Part shown: one piece after another, positions 1 to 10,054 of the stretch
How positions within the stretch are numbered: position 1 is the first letter of the stretch
How the letters are laid out: each line of letters begins with the position of its first letter
Source: Planctomycetia bacterium
Lineage (GTDB): Bacteria > Planctomycetota > Planctomycetia > Pirellulales > JALHLM01
Direction: 5' to 3'
Assembly: GCA_034440135.1 (NCBI GenBank)
Contig: JAWXBP010000249.1
Location: forward strand, 14,232-78,231
Length of the DNA stretch: 64,000 bases
Notes under the pieces: model-generated
What the model was told of the DNA's origin: nothing
The model's database searches: none
What the model saw: the letters and a program-made list of their open reading frames with translations, nothing else
Translations under genes and position numbers: made by a program

Positions 1-1
1 C

Positions 2-3000
2 ATGTCCATGGTCGGCACCCTGACGTTAATCTTGTCGTTCGCGTTGATGATCGGCACGATCCAAGCGGACGAAGCGTTCCCTGAGCCGTTTGACACGGAA
101 AAGGCGGCGACGAAACCGTTGGAACCGGAGGAAGCGGCCGCCTCGTGGACGACGCCGCCGGGCTTTCAGGTCAGACTGTTTGCCGGCGAACCGGACGTGC
201 GCCAGCCGATTGGCATGACGTTCGACGATCGCGGTCGGCTGTGGGTGGCCGAGAACTACACTTACGCCGAATCGGGCGTGAACTTCGACGCCCGGCTGCG
301 CGATCGGATCGTCATTCTGGGAGACACCGACGGCGATCATCGCGCGGACCGGCGCACTGTGTTCGCGGATCAGCTCGAACATCTGACGAGCGTGGAAATT
401 GGGTTTGGCGGCGTCTGGGCGCTCGCGGCGCCTTACTTGTTGTTCATTCCGGACCGTGACGGCGACGACCGGCCGGATGGCGAACCGGTCGTGATGCTGG
501 AAGGTTGGAACGTCGCCGACGTGCGGCATAACGTCGTGAACGGATTGCGCTGGGGCCCGGACGGTTGGCTCTATGGCCGGCATGGCATTCTGGCCACGTC
601 GCGGGTCGGCACGCCGGAGACGGCCGAGTCGGCAAGGACGGCGCTCAATTGCTGCGTCTGGCGATTTCATCCGACCCAGCATCGTTTTGAAGTCGTTTGC
701 CAGGGGACGACCAATTCCTGGGGCATGGATTGGAACGAGCAGGGCGAATTGTTCTTCATCAACACGGTGATCGGCCATCTCTGGCATGCCGTGCCCGGGG
801 CGCATTTCCGGCGGATGTACGGCGAGGATTTCAATCCGCACACCTACGAGTTGATTGAACAGACCGCGGATCACGTCCACTGGGACGTCACGACGGAAGA
901 CTGGCTTGCCACGCGCAAGACGTTGTCCGAAAACACCAGCCACACCGGCGGCGGCCATGCGCATTCCGGGCTGATGATCTATTCCGGCGACAATTGGCCG
1001 GAGGAGTATCGCGGCGACGTGTTCATGCTGAATTTTCATGGTCGGCGCTTGAACCGTGACCGCCTGGAGCGTCATGGCGCGACCTACACCGCGCATCATC
1101 AGCCGGATCCATTGCAGAGCGGCGACCCCTGGTTTCGCGGCATCGACTTGGCCTGCGGACCGGACGGCGGCGTCTATGTGCTGGACTGGTCCGACACCGG
1201 CGAATGTCACGACGAAGACGGCGTGCATCGCTCTTCGGGGCGTGTTTTCAAAATCGTGCATGACGGCCCCTTACCTGTCAAAACTGGGAGCGTCGATCTC
1301 GCCAAGTTATCGAATCGCGAACTGGCCAAATTGCAATGCGATGGGCAGCAGCGACTGGCCGCCCAAGCGCGTCGCTTGCTGCAGGAGCGCGCCGCAGCAG
1401 GCATCGACATGAGCGACGCCAACGAAGTGCTGCGCATGACGCTCGTCTCCACGGACGAGCCCTCGAACTTCGCATTGCGAGCCTGCTGGGGATTGCACGC
1501 AATCGGCCAGCTGAGCGATGTCGATCTGCGCTGGATGCTCAGTCACGCGGACGAACACGTTCGCACCTGGGGCGTGCGCTTACTTGCCGACCGACCGATC
1601 ACCGATGCCAACACACGCGCGTTGCTTGAACAACTGGCGGAACATGAGCAATCCGGCCTCGTGCTGACGTATCTGGCTTCCGCCATGCAGCGATTTCCGT
1701 TGGACGACCGTTGGGCGCTGGCCACATTGCTAGCGTCCCACGCGGAGTTTGCCGACGATCGCGTGTTGCCGCTCATGGTCTGGTATGGCATCGAGCCGTC
1801 GGTTCCGGTTTCGCCCGCGGCAGCGACGGAACTGGCGCTGAATTCGAAGCTGCCCAAGTTGTCGACGTTTATCGTCCGACGGATCACCGGGGAGTTGGCG
1901 CGGAATCCACAAGCGGCGGACCCGTTGGTGACGTTCCTCCGCAGCACGCCTGACGCTGCTTTGCGGCGAGCAATTCTCATCGGCATGAGCGACGCCCTAC
2001 GCGGTTGGCGTCAGGCGCCGGCGCCGGCGGGATGGGCGGCGTTCGCAGCCACGCTGAGCGATGCGGATGATGAAACGATGTCGTGCGTCCGCGAGTTGTC
2101 CGCTGTCTTCGGTGACGGACGCGCACTCGATGAATTGAAGCAAGTTGTCGGCGACGCCTCGCAACCGCTCGTCCAGCGGCGCGAGGCGCTTCGCGCTTTA
2201 GTGCAGGCTCGCGTGGAAGGACTGGACGAGACGCTGCGGCCGTTACTGGCAAACCGCGAATTGGCCGTGGACGCGGTGCAGAGTTTGGCGACGCTCGACT
2301 TAGCGCACCACCAAGACCTCTTGTTGACCAGCTATCCGCGATTAACTCGGGCTGGGCGCGAAGCCGTGATCGAAGCGATGGCCACGCGTTTGGAAAGCGC
2401 GAACGCACTGTTGGACGCCATCGCCACTGGCAGCGTGCCTGCCGAGGACCTTGGTCCGACCGCGCTCCGACAATTGCAGTTGATGGGCGAGGCTGCGCTC
2501 ACGGAGCGCCTCGCCAAGGTCTTACCGGGATCACGGCTGCTGGCGGTGGACAAGTTGAAACAATTGGCGCAATATCGCGAACAATTGACTGCGGAGCGTT
2601 TGGCGGCGGCCGATCTTGCGCAAGGGCGTTTGCTGTATTCACAGCATTGCGGGAAGTGCCACAAGCTGTTCGGCGAAGGGGGCGCGATCGGTCCCGAGTT
2701 GACCGGGGCGCAGCGCGGCAATCTCGATTATTGGTTGTCGAACATCGTCGATCCCTCGGCGACGGTTGGCACCAACTATCGGTTGTCGATCATCGCGCTC
2801 ACCGACGGCCGCATTCTCAACGGCGTCGTGGGCGCCAAGACCGAACGCACCGTGGCGATTCAAACCGCTTCAGAGGCGTTGGTGCTGGAGCGCTCCGAGA
2901 TCGACGCGATGGAGGAATCGGACCTGTCCTTGATGCCGGAAGGTCAACTCAACGCGTTCTCCGCGGACGAGATTCGCGACCTCGTGGGCTTCTTGATGTC

Positions 3001-3019
3001 AGACACGGGCGCTCATTGA
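2..3019 (+). CDS. PVC-type heme-binding CxxCH protein (putative membrane-bound dehydrogenase domain + HEAT-like repeats + C-terminal cytochrome c)
   Basis: 1005-aa ORF from ATG at 2. Signal-like N-terminus MSMVGTLTLILSFALMIGTIQA. Conserved blocks RLFAGEPDVRQPIGMTFDDRGRLWV and WGPDGWLYG; C-terminal heme motif CGKCH. Clear paralog of 40723..43692. Confidence 0.85.
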   Translation: MSMVGTLTLILSFALMIGTIQADEAFPEPFDTEKAATKPLEPEEAAASWTTPPGFQVRLFAGEPDVRQPIGMTFDDRGRLWVAENYTYAESGVNFDARLRDRIVILGDTDGDHRADRRTVFADQLEHLTSVEIGFGGVWALAAPYLLFIPDRDGDDRPDGEPVVMLEGWNVADVRHNVVNGLRWGPDGWLYGRHGILATSRVGTPETAESARTALNCCVWRFHPTQHRFEVVCQGTTNSWGMDWNEQGELFFINTVIGHLWHAVPGAHFRRMYGEDFNPHTYELIEQTADHVHWDVTTEDWLATRKTLSENTSHTGGGHAHSGLMIYSGDNWPEEYRGDVFMLNFHGRRLNRDRLERHGATYTAHHQPDPLQSGDPWFRGIDLACGPDGGVYVLDWSDTGECHDEDGVHRSSGRVFKIVHDGPLPVKTGSVDLAKLSNRELAKLQCDGQQRLAAQARRLLQERAAAGIDMSDANEVLRMTLVSTDEPSNFALRACWGLHAIGQLSDVDLRWMLSHADEHVRTWGVRLLADRPITDANTRALLEQLAEHEQSGLVLTYLASAMQRFPLDDRWALATLLASHAEFADDRVLPLMVWYGIEPSVPVSPAAATELALNSKLPKLSTFIVRRITGELARNPQAADPLVTFLRSTPDAALRRAILIGMSDALRGWRQAPAPAGWAAFAATLSDADDETMSCVRELSAVFGDGRALDELKQVVGDASQPLVQRREALRALVQARVEGLDETLRPLLANRELAVDAVQSLATLDLAHHQDLLLTSYPRLTRAGREAVIEAMATRLESANALLDAIATGSVPAEDLGPTALRQLQLMGEAALTERLAKVLPGSRLLAVDKLKQLAQYREQLTAERLAAADLAQGRLLYSQHCGKCHKLFGEGGAIGPELTGAQRGNLDYWLSNIVDPSATVGTNYRLSIIALTDGRILNGVVGAKTERTVAIQTASEALVLERSEIDAMEESDLSLMPEGQLNAFSADEIRDLVGFLMSDTGAH

Positions 3020-3027
3020 GCCCGGTG

Positions 3028-3063
3028 AAACAAACAAGCCTCGGTCGCAGGCGACCGAGGCTT
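3028..3063. terminator. GC-rich hairpin between convergent genes (possible bidirectional terminator)
   Basis: aagcctcggtc-gcaggc-gaccgaggctt starts 17 nt after the stop of the + gene. On the minus strand it is followed by gtttgtttc (T-rich), downstream of the csp gene. Confidence 0.4.
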
Positions 3064-3148
3064 GATGAGGTGCGCTAAACTGAAGACAACTTCGCGTCGC
3101 CATTCCCCCTAGCGCTGGCGCCGCGGACCCGTCCGCGAAACGGAACAA

Positions 3149-3364
3149 TCACAGCGGCTTCACAGTCGCCGCTCGCGGACCCTTTGACTTTCCGCCACCT
3201 CCACCCTGGTCGAGCGTAAACTCGACCTGTTGCCCTTCGGTGAGATCGTCAAACTGTTGGTCGTCCACGGTCGTGTGATGGAAAAACACGTCGGCGCCAT
3301 CCTCGGGCTGGATAAAGCCGAATCCCTTGTCCGTCACCAACTTCTTAATCTTGCCGATCGGCAT
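3149..3364 (-). CDS. cold-shock protein, CspA family
   Basis: MPIGKIKKLVTDKGFGFIQPEDGADVFFHHTTV carries the RNP1-like KGFGFI and RNP2-like VFFHH motifs. I chose the internal ATG at 3364; the 152-aa track ORF extends upstream into non-csp-like sequence. Confidence 0.85.
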   Translation of the reverse strand: MPIGKIKKLVTDKGFGFIQPEDGADVFFHHTTVDDQQFDDLTEGQQVEFTLDQGGGGGKSKGPRAATVKPL

Positions 3365-3716
3365 GCCGCACTCCTTCATGCACAACGCGCTCTTACTATC
3401 GCGAATCAGTTTTGTGCCTGCCAATTCGCGCGCCTCCCGCTGGCGCACCCGCAATCGACGAGAAACCGCTTTCATGGTCGATCTGCGCGCGCAACATGGG
3501 CAGCCCGAGCAACTCGCTCGAACTACGTGCAACAGACGCGGAGCGAAGAAGTATGCGCGGCCCAAGACGCCCATCACCGTCCCGCACGTCCCACGTTCAT
3601 CGAACACAGCCTAGAAAAGTGTTCGGAATCCCGCAACCTAGGACGCACGCATTGCCCAAAAATGCAAATTCGTCACTCACTCGATAGAGGGAGAGCGATT
3701 CGCGCGCTAAGCGATA

Positions 3717-4019
3717 TTACTTGTCCAGATACTCATTGATCCGGAGTCGATTGCCAAACGGGTCGATCACTTCTACGCACTTCGCGCCGTAGAACGTGCG
3801 TTCCACACCAGCTCGGTTGTAGCCGTAGTTCTTAGCCGCGATTTCTTGGTGGAATTCATCGCTGCCGGCCATCGTCAGGAAAACCGTGGATCCTGGACAG
3901 CAGTCGCCATGGTGCTCTGATAAGTGGAGCACGCATCCTGCACGCGAGAACTGCATGTACACGGGCGCCCGACTGTCGAATCGATGTTCCCATTTGCCAT
4001 GGGCTGATTCTCGCCTCAT
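3717..4019 (-). pseudogene. glyoxalase/bleomycin-resistance (VOC) superfamily protein, N-terminally truncated
   Basis: WEHRFDSRAPVYMQFSRAGCVLHLSEHHGDCCPGSTVFL...VIDPFGNRLRI matches the C-terminal two thirds of the small glyoxalase-like family. An in-frame stop lies 11 codons upstream of the first Met (4053-4055), so the first beta-alpha unit is missing. Confidence 0.45.
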
Positions 4020-4295
4020 TGCTAAGGCGGCGATCGGAGACGAGGCCCAATTCTAGTAGTCGCCGGGGCGCCGCGGCGGCGAATTTGTGAGCGCGCCATT
4101 GGCAAACCGCCTGGCGCCCAATTCGCACTTCGGCCAAATGATTGCGACATTCTGGTGAAAAATCGCTTGCCACGCTGGTTGCCGGCCGTTATTTTCACGG
4201 CATCCAGGCGGCTGCGCGCTCACTTGCCGGGAGTGGGCCGCTTGGTAAGTAGTGACCCATACGCACCGCGTTCACATCTTGAAGGACCATGATTT

Positions 4296-5276
4296 ATGCG
4301 CATTCGTACTCGAGGGCTATTGCTGGCAGCGCTCGCCGCGCCCTTGTCAGCCACTCCCGCCCTGGCGGCGCCGATTGTTCCCGGCTTCACGGTCGAGCAT
4401 TATGCTGACGTTACGGACCCGGCGGAGATGACGTTCAATCCCGCGACTGGTGACCTTTACGTCGGTCGCGATAACTCCGGCTCCGGCGGCAGCCAGGCCG
4501 AAGCGGTAAAGATTCACCTGTTCGCTCCCGGCGGGGCGACGGTCACGGAGTTCGGCGACACGGCAATTCCGGACCCGGATTCCGTGTTGTTCGACGCCAC
4601 AGGCGATGTCAGCGGCGTGCCGGGATCTGTCCTGGTGGCCGGTCGCCAAGTCGCTGAAGGCGCATTGCGTGCGATCCATCCCGATCAGACGACCACGCTG
4701 TTGTTCCATGTCGGCAGCGGCCTGGTCAATCCGAATGGTCTGAAGTTCGACAGCACCGGACGCGTGATCATCGCGGATAATCTCGGCCCCGTGGCGGCAT
4801 CGACCGGTGGCAATCCCACGATTCTCTACAACTTGGGCGGCGTGAACGGCACAATCGCCATCGACGCAGACGACAACATTTACACCGACGGCCCGGACGG
4901 CGTCATTCGTATCCATGCCGCCGACGGCTCGCTGGTGAATGGGAATTTCTACACCGATCCGAATCCGGGTCCTGGCGGGTTCCAACTCGAATTCGGCCCC
5001 GGAGGTCCCCTGTGGGGCGACTCCCTCTATGGCATCAGCCGTGATACCGGCGAGCTGCTTCGCTTCGATGCGCTCGGCGTCCCGACTGTCATCGGCACGG
5101 GTTTCGGCGGCCCCGGCGGCCCAACCGCCCCGGACATGGAATTTGGCCCGGACGGCGCTTTGTACGTCGCACTGTTCAGCGAAGACGAGATCATCCGCAT
5201 CGTTCCTGAGCCCGGCAGTCTGGCCCTGCTAGGGATTGGTTTCGGCGCGGCCTTGTACTGCTTCCGCCGACGCTAA
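4296..5276 (+). CDS. PEP-CTERM sorting domain-containing secreted protein (beta-propeller/NHL-like repeats)
   Basis: Signal peptide MRIRTRGLLLAALAAPLSATPALA. C-terminus VPEPGSLALLGIGFGAALYCFRRR is a PEP motif + TM + basic tail. Confidence 0.8.
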   Translation: MRIRTRGLLLAALAAPLSATPALAAPIVPGFTVEHYADVTDPAEMTFNPATGDLYVGRDNSGSGGSQAEAVKIHLFAPGGATVTEFGDTAIPDPDSVLFDATGDVSGVPGSVLVAGRQVAEGALRAIHPDQTTTLLFHVGSGLVNPNGLKFDSTGRVIIADNLGPVAASTGGNPTILYNLGGVNGTIAIDADDNIYTDGPDGVIRIHAADGSLVNGNFYTDPNPGPGGFQLEFGPGGPLWGDSLYGISRDTGELLRFDALGVPTVIGTGFGGPGGPTAPDMEFGPDGALYVALFSEDEIIRIVPEPGSLALLGIGFGAALYCFRRR

Positions 5277-5302
5277 GCGGTTCGATTCCAACAGGCATTT
5301 CA

Positions 5303-5344
5303 CCGGGGCGGACGCCAATGCTGGCATCCGCCCCGGTTTTTTTT
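5303..5344 (+). terminator. Rho-independent terminator
   Basis: ccggggcggacgcc-aatgct-ggcatccgccccgg (14-bp stem, 1 mismatch) followed by tttttttt, 27 nt after the stop at 5276. Confidence 0.75.
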
Positions 5345-5524
5345 GTTGGTTTGCACTGAGCGAGGATTTGGGTTGTGCCTCGATACCGCTTCAATGTCAG
5401 TTTCATTCACGTCCGGTGGCTCGTTGGAGTCCGCGCCTCGGGCGGTTAGAATGGACAAGGCGGGGCGTTTCCTACTTCGGAATCGCACGGACGTCTCGGC
5501 GCGGAATTTCCAGGTACTTCAGGC

Positions 5525-6958
5525 ATGGCGACAGATATTCCAGGCAATACCGGCGGACTTCCTCCGGCAGTGCGCCGTCGATTACAGGCGCAGTTCGAGG
5601 CCGGCAGCCAGAAATCGAACCGCGGCGAGTACGACTATGCCACCACGATGTTCGCCGCCTGCGTCGAGGGGGATCCGGCCAACCAGATCTATTTGCAGAG
5701 CTTCCTCGGCAACCTCTATAAGAAGTTCGACAACAACAAAAAGGGAGATCGGCTGTCCTCGGTGAAAGGGGTCGGCATCAAAGGCTCGATCAAGAAATCC
5801 GAGATGCAGAAGGACTGGCTCGGAGTGATCAAATCGGGCCTGGACATGCTCAAGCTCAACCCCTGGGATGTCGGCGCGTTGACGGCGATGGCCTCTGCCA
5901 GTGAAAAACTGGGCCATGAGGAGTGCCGGATTCTCTACTTGCGCGGCGCGCTGGGGGCCAATCCCGCAGATCCGGAAGTCAATCGCTTATGTGGCCGTGC
6001 TTTGCGCGAGCTGGGGCGTTTCGACGAAGCCATCACGTGCTTTCGCCGCGTTGTGCAAGCCAAGCCAGGCGATGAAGAGGGAATGCAAACGCTGCGCGCG
6101 CTGGACGCCGAGCGGGCCATCAAGAAAGGCGGCTTCGAGGACGCCCAGTCCAGCACCGACGTGATGGTCGACAAACAATTGCAACAGGAACGTCGCCAAG
6201 GGGGCGGCGTGCAATTGACGGCCGAACAAGTGATTGAGCGACATCTCACGAAGAATCCAACCGACATTCCCAAGTATCTGGAATTGGCCAATCTTCATGC
6301 CAGCAACCAGAAGCTCGAAGACGCCGAAAAAGTGCTGACGCGGGCCCTTGAAGCGTCCGGAGGCGATTTGCAAATCCGCGAGCGTCTCGAAGACCTGCAG
6401 ATGCGCCGCACGCGCGAAGCCGTCGAGACCGCCAAGAAACAGGCGGAAACGGACCGCACGCCGCAATCGGAAGAATTGTGGAGAAAGATGAAGGCGGAGT
6501 TGAACACGCGCGAGCTGGAGTTCTATCGCGGGCATGTGCAACGCTATCCGACGCAGCATGGCTACAAATATGAGTTGGCCTCACGCATGATGAAGGCAAA
6601 AATGTATCGCGAGGCGATCCCGCTGCTGCAGGAAGCTCAGCAAGACCCCAAGCGCAAGGCCGAGGTCTTGAAGGCGCTCGGCGAGTGCTTCGTGCAGATC
6701 AAACAGTACAAGCTCGGCATGCAAAACTTCGAGGCGGCCTTGGAACAAATTCCCGCTCGTGAGCCGGAACTTCGCAAGGAAACGCTTTACTTCACTGGCA
6801 AGGTAGCCTTCCTGGCGCTCAAGGATTTGGAGAAGGCCGACAAGTATCTGACGGAACTGGCCGGGATGGATTTCGGCTATCGCGACGTCTCTCAACTCCT
6901 CGAACAAATCGCTAGCGCCCGCGGCGACGGCGCCGCCGGCGCGGTCGATTTAAGTTAG
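5525..6958 (+). CDS. tetratricopeptide (TPR) repeat protein
   Basis: 477-aa ORF, ATG start. Repeated 34-aa helical units (e.g. YLRGALGANPADPEVNRLCGRALRELGRFDEAITCFRRVVQAKPGDEE). No enzymatic motifs. Confidence 0.7.
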   Translation: MATDIPGNTGGLPPAVRRRLQAQFEAGSQKSNRGEYDYATTMFAACVEGDPANQIYLQSFLGNLYKKFDNNKKGDRLSSVKGVGIKGSIKKSEMQKDWLGVIKSGLDMLKLNPWDVGALTAMASASEKLGHEECRILYLRGALGANPADPEVNRLCGRALRELGRFDEAITCFRRVVQAKPGDEEGMQTLRALDAERAIKKGGFEDAQSSTDVMVDKQLQQERRQGGGVQLTAEQVIERHLTKNPTDIPKYLELANLHASNQKLEDAEKVLTRALEASGGDLQIRERLEDLQMRRTREAVETAKKQAETDRTPQSEELWRKMKAELNTRELEFYRGHVQRYPTQHGYKYELASRMMKAKMYREAIPLLQEAQQDPKRKAEVLKALGECFVQIKQYKLGMQNFEAALEQIPAREPELRKETLYFTGKVAFLALKDLEKADKYLTELAGMDFGYRDVSQLLEQIASARGDGAAGAVDLS

Positions 6959-6973
6959 TTCGCGGAGCACCTC

Positions 6974-7498
6974 ATGTCGCCTGCGCCCCCACCGGACAGC
7001 GTCTCGGAACATCGCGCATCGTCGCCGCGCCGCATTCAATGCGCGGTCATCACCGTGAGCGACACGCGGACGCCGGAGACCGACACTGGCGGCGCCACGG
7101 CGATCGATCTCTTGAACGAGTTCGGCCATCACGTCGTAGTCCGTGAAGTCATCCGTGACGAGCCAACTGCGATTCGCGCAATAATGGAATCACTGCGCAC
7201 GCGTGACGACATCGATGCGATCTTGCTCACCGGCGGCACCGGGTTGGGCTCCCGAGATCAAACTTTCGAAACGATCTCGTCGTTGCTCACCAAAACATTG
7301 CCCGGCTACGGCGAGCTGTTTAGGATGCTGAGTTACGCGGAAATCGGCGCGGCGGCGATGCTTAGCCGCGCGGTGGGGGGCTTGATCGACAAGCAAGTTG
7401 TGCTAACGATGCCCGGCTCGCCCGCCGGCGTGCGTTTGGCGGTACAACAACTGATCGGACCGGAGCTGGCACATCTGGTGCGCGAGGCGAAGCGCTAA
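6974..7498 (+). CDS. moaB: molybdenum cofactor biosynthesis protein B (MoaB/MogA family)
   Basis: CAVITVSDTRT...ILLTGGTGLGSRDQTFE...LPGYGELFR...TMPGSPAGV are MoaB hallmark blocks. Confidence 0.85.
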   Translation: MSPAPPPDSVSEHRASSPRRIQCAVITVSDTRTPETDTGGATAIDLLNEFGHHVVVREVIRDEPTAIRAIMESLRTRDDIDAILLTGGTGLGSRDQTFETISSLLTKTLPGYGELFRMLSYAEIGAAAMLSRAVGGLIDKQVVLTMPGSPAGVRLAVQQLIGPELAHLVREAKR

Positions 7499-7692
7499 CG
7501 ATCGCCGTGGGGTGCCAAGCCGAAAAACTCCAAAATGGGGGCTTTTTATTCTCGGCGGCTGTGCCTAAAGTAGCTCTGCGGGCAATGTCTTCGCCTCACG
7601 GGGCGAAGCCCACATGAGGCCAGGTCTTGAGCGCCGGATTCGTGTCGTGGCCGGGCAGGACGCCACACGGCGGCGGCTGAAAGGAACAGAGC

Positions 7693-9063
7693 TTGAGCGA
7701 CGACGGTTTCCGGGCGCACCTCGTGCGCGCCGTGGGCAGGGGACTGGTCTGCCTGCTGGGCGTTTTTCCGGTTTGCTTTCTGAGTAGTCCCGCGCGCGCG
7801 CAACAGGCCGCGACGACTCCCGCGTCGTTCGAACCGGCCGACTACAATACTGCGCGGTTCGCCCTGCATACCGATTTGTCCGAGCCGGACGCCAAGGCGT
7901 TGCTCAAGCGTTTGGACGTGACACTCAAGTCCGCGGTCCGGTTGTTCGGATTGCCATCGCGACAGCCGATCGAGTCCTTTGTGGTGGAGCGACTCGACCA
8001 ATGGTCCGCGGAATCCTTCACGCATCCCGCGGCCAGGTTGTTAATCGGCGGCGTCGGCGGCGGGTCCGTCTCCAGCGGCTACGATACGAACATCAATACG
8101 CCGCGCAAGGCCACCGTCTTCGCCGCGGCCACCGAAGGCATCCCCGAGCACGAAATCGTTCACGCCTATTGTGTACAAACCTTCGGGCAAACCGGTCCGA
8201 CCTGGTTCGCGGAAGGCATCGCGGAGATGTTGGCGAACGGCGGCGAAGACCACGCAGCAGTGCGCTGTTCGACCAAGGTCATCGACTACCTACGCGGCGA
8301 AACTCCTCGGCCTCTCGACGAGATCGTCGGCGGCGATGAATTCACGGCGCCCTTGGCGGCCTCGCTCATCACCATGGTGGCCCGGCACGATTCCAAAGGT
8401 CGGCTCACCGACGTGGTCTCGATGGACCAATGGAAAGACGAGCAAGCGGAAATCGTCGACGCCGCCCGGCTTTCATATCATTGGTGTTGGTCCGCGTGCC
8501 ATTTTCTTCATCAGCATCCGGCCTACAACGCACGCTTCAAACTGCTGGCGCGCAGTTACGTCGCTGGCCAGGACGTGCAGTTTGATCAGGCCTTCGCGCC
8601 GGTCCGCGATCAGCTCGACTTCGAATACCGCTTTTTTATGGAGCGGTTGGCGTCCGGATACCGGGTCGACCTTTGTGCGTGGGACTGGCGAGATCCCTGC
8701 CTGCCGAAATCCGGCGCCCGGCGACAAACCGTGAAGATCGGCGCCTGCCGGGGCTATCAGGCGACCGGCGTCAAATTGCACAAGGGAGATTGCGTGGCGT
8801 TTGAGGCCAGCGGCGATTGGCAGCTCTCCGCCGAGGGCGCCGCGCTGGACGCCGATGGCGACGGCTTCGGCCAGGGGCAGCTCGAGGGCGTGCTGTTCAA
8901 CGCGGGAGAGCTCTCCGAACCGTTCGACCTGGGCCGGAGTGGCGAATTTGCCGCTCCCATGGAGGGAAAGCTGTACCTCCGTTGTCGCGACGGCTGGGGC
9001 GAATTGGCCGATAATCGCGGCGCCATCCGCGTCAACCTCCGCCCCGCCGACCCGCGCGACTAG
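7693..9063 (+). CDS. secreted DUF1570-like putative metallopeptidase with C-terminal beta-sandwich (PA-IL-like) domain
   Basis: TTG start at 7693 (alternative GVG-type GTG at 7723). Signal-like GLVCLLGVFPVCFLSSPARAQQ. HExxH motif HEIVHAY followed by WFAEGIAEM. C-terminal GYQATGVKLHKGDCVAFEASGDWQ. Confidence 0.6.
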   Translation: MSDDGFRAHLVRAVGRGLVCLLGVFPVCFLSSPARAQQAATTPASFEPADYNTARFALHTDLSEPDAKALLKRLDVTLKSAVRLFGLPSRQPIESFVVERLDQWSAESFTHPAARLLIGGVGGGSVSSGYDTNINTPRKATVFAAATEGIPEHEIVHAYCVQTFGQTGPTWFAEGIAEMLANGGEDHAAVRCSTKVIDYLRGETPRPLDEIVGGDEFTAPLAASLITMVARHDSKGRLTDVVSMDQWKDEQAEIVDAARLSYHWCWSACHFLHQHPAYNARFKLLARSYVAGQDVQFDQAFAPVRDQLDFEYRFFMERLASGYRVDLCAWDWRDPCLPKSGARRQTVKIGACRGYQATGVKLHKGDCVAFEASGDWQLSAEGAALDADGDGFGQGQLEGVLFNAGELSEPFDLGRSGEFAAPMEGKLYLRCRDGWGELADNRGAIRVNLRPADPRD

Positions 9064-9078
9064 CGCAGTCCGCGCAGG

Positions 9079-9250
9079 AGGATTCACCACGGAGAGCACG
9101 GAGCACTCGGAGGTGGGATCTAGTTCTACCTTCGTTCCCCGGACGAGCCGGCCAACCCAATCGAATGGGGATTGGTTCCTCGCCGTACGACTGTTCTCCC
9201 GCTCTTTCGTTCCCCTCTCCGTGTCCTCCGTGCTCTCCGTGGTAAATCCT
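9079..9250. repeat. inverted repeat, about 35-nt arms (octamer-periodic CTCCGTG family), about 100-nt spacer
   Basis: Left arm aggattcaccacggagagcacggagcactcggagg (9079-9113). Right arm cctctccgtgtcctccgtgctctccgtggtaaatcct (9213-9250). The reverse complements match at about 85-90%. Confidence 0.7.
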
Positions 9251-9458
9251 CGGATTTGCGCCCCGTGGATTCCTCGCCGCGCCCCGTCCGCGCTGCTCTT
9301 GCGCGCGGCTATGCTTATTGGACGCCATGACGGCGGCATTTCCGAGCGACTCGGTTTTGATGCGACACCCGGTATTTCCTCCATTTCCCCTTGACGCGGC
9401 ATTCGTGAGCAGCACAACTCCCCGACCCATTTCCCCGGCTATCCCCGCCTCCACCACT

Positions 9459-10007
9459 ATGCACGCCTGGCACGACATCTACATCGACGACAACATGATC
9501 GAGAGCAGTTTCCCGGTCGTGATCGAAGTTCCCAAGGGAAGCAAGAACAAGTACGAACTGGACAAGGAAACCGGCTTCCTGCGTCTCGACCGAATCCTCT
9601 ACAGCGCGATGTACTACCCCGCCGACTACGGGTTCATCCCGCGCACGTTCTGCGACGACGGCGACCCGCTCGACGCGCTCGTGTTGAGCCAAGAAGCCGT
9701 GGTGCCATTGACGATGGTAGAAGCCAGGGCGATTGGCCTGATGCGAATGCGCGACGAAAAAGGCATCGACGACAAAATCATCGCCGTCAGCATCCACGAC
9801 CCGGCGTTCAACAACTACATGAACCACACCGAGCTGCCGGAGCACACGCTCAAGCAGATCAAGCGGTTCTTCGAGGACTACAAGGCCTTGGAAAACAAGC
9901 AGGTCGTCGTCGACGACTTCATGGGCCCGGTCGACGCGGCCCGCGTTCTGCGCGAATCCCTCGGCATGTACCGGCAGCTTCGCCGCGGCGAGCTATATCG
10001 AAAATAG
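9459..10007 (+). CDS. ppa: inorganic pyrophosphatase (family I)
   Basis: VVIEVPKGSKNKYELDKETG...YPADYGFIP...DGDPLDALV...DDKIIAV. I used the internal ATG at 9459 (MHAWHDI); the track ORF starts 47 codons earlier. Confidence 0.9.
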   Translation: MHAWHDIYIDDNMIESSFPVVIEVPKGSKNKYELDKETGFLRLDRILYSAMYYPADYGFIPRTFCDDGDPLDALVLSQEAVVPLTMVEARAIGLMRMRDEKGIDDKIIAVSIHDPAFNNYMNHTELPEHTLKQIKRFFEDYKALENKQVVVDDFMGPVDAARVLRESLGMYRQLRRGELYRK

Positions 10008-10054
10008 GCGCAAAGTCGTCGTCGAATCGACGAACTTCGCGCGGAATTCGATTT

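Noticed and set aside
5275-5295. GGTTCGATTCC string resembling a tRNA T-loop just after the PEP-CTERM gene
   Set aside because: The flanking bases cannot form the 5-bp T-stem (agcgg vs ccaac). No acceptor, D or anticodon arms can be drawn, and the upstream sequence is coding.
9318-9458. 47-codon N-terminal extension of the pyrophosphatase ORF
   Set aside because: The extension is Pro/Ser/Thr-rich and unlike family I PPases, which start near MHAWHDI. It abuts the repeat-filled spacer.
10008-10054. Weak hairpin (gcgcaaagtcgtcg...cgacgaacttcgcgc) between ppa and the PDZ gene considered as a terminator
   Set aside because: The stem is imperfect with several mismatches, and there is no T-tract on either strand. 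It is noted only as weak support for the convergent-spacer pattern.
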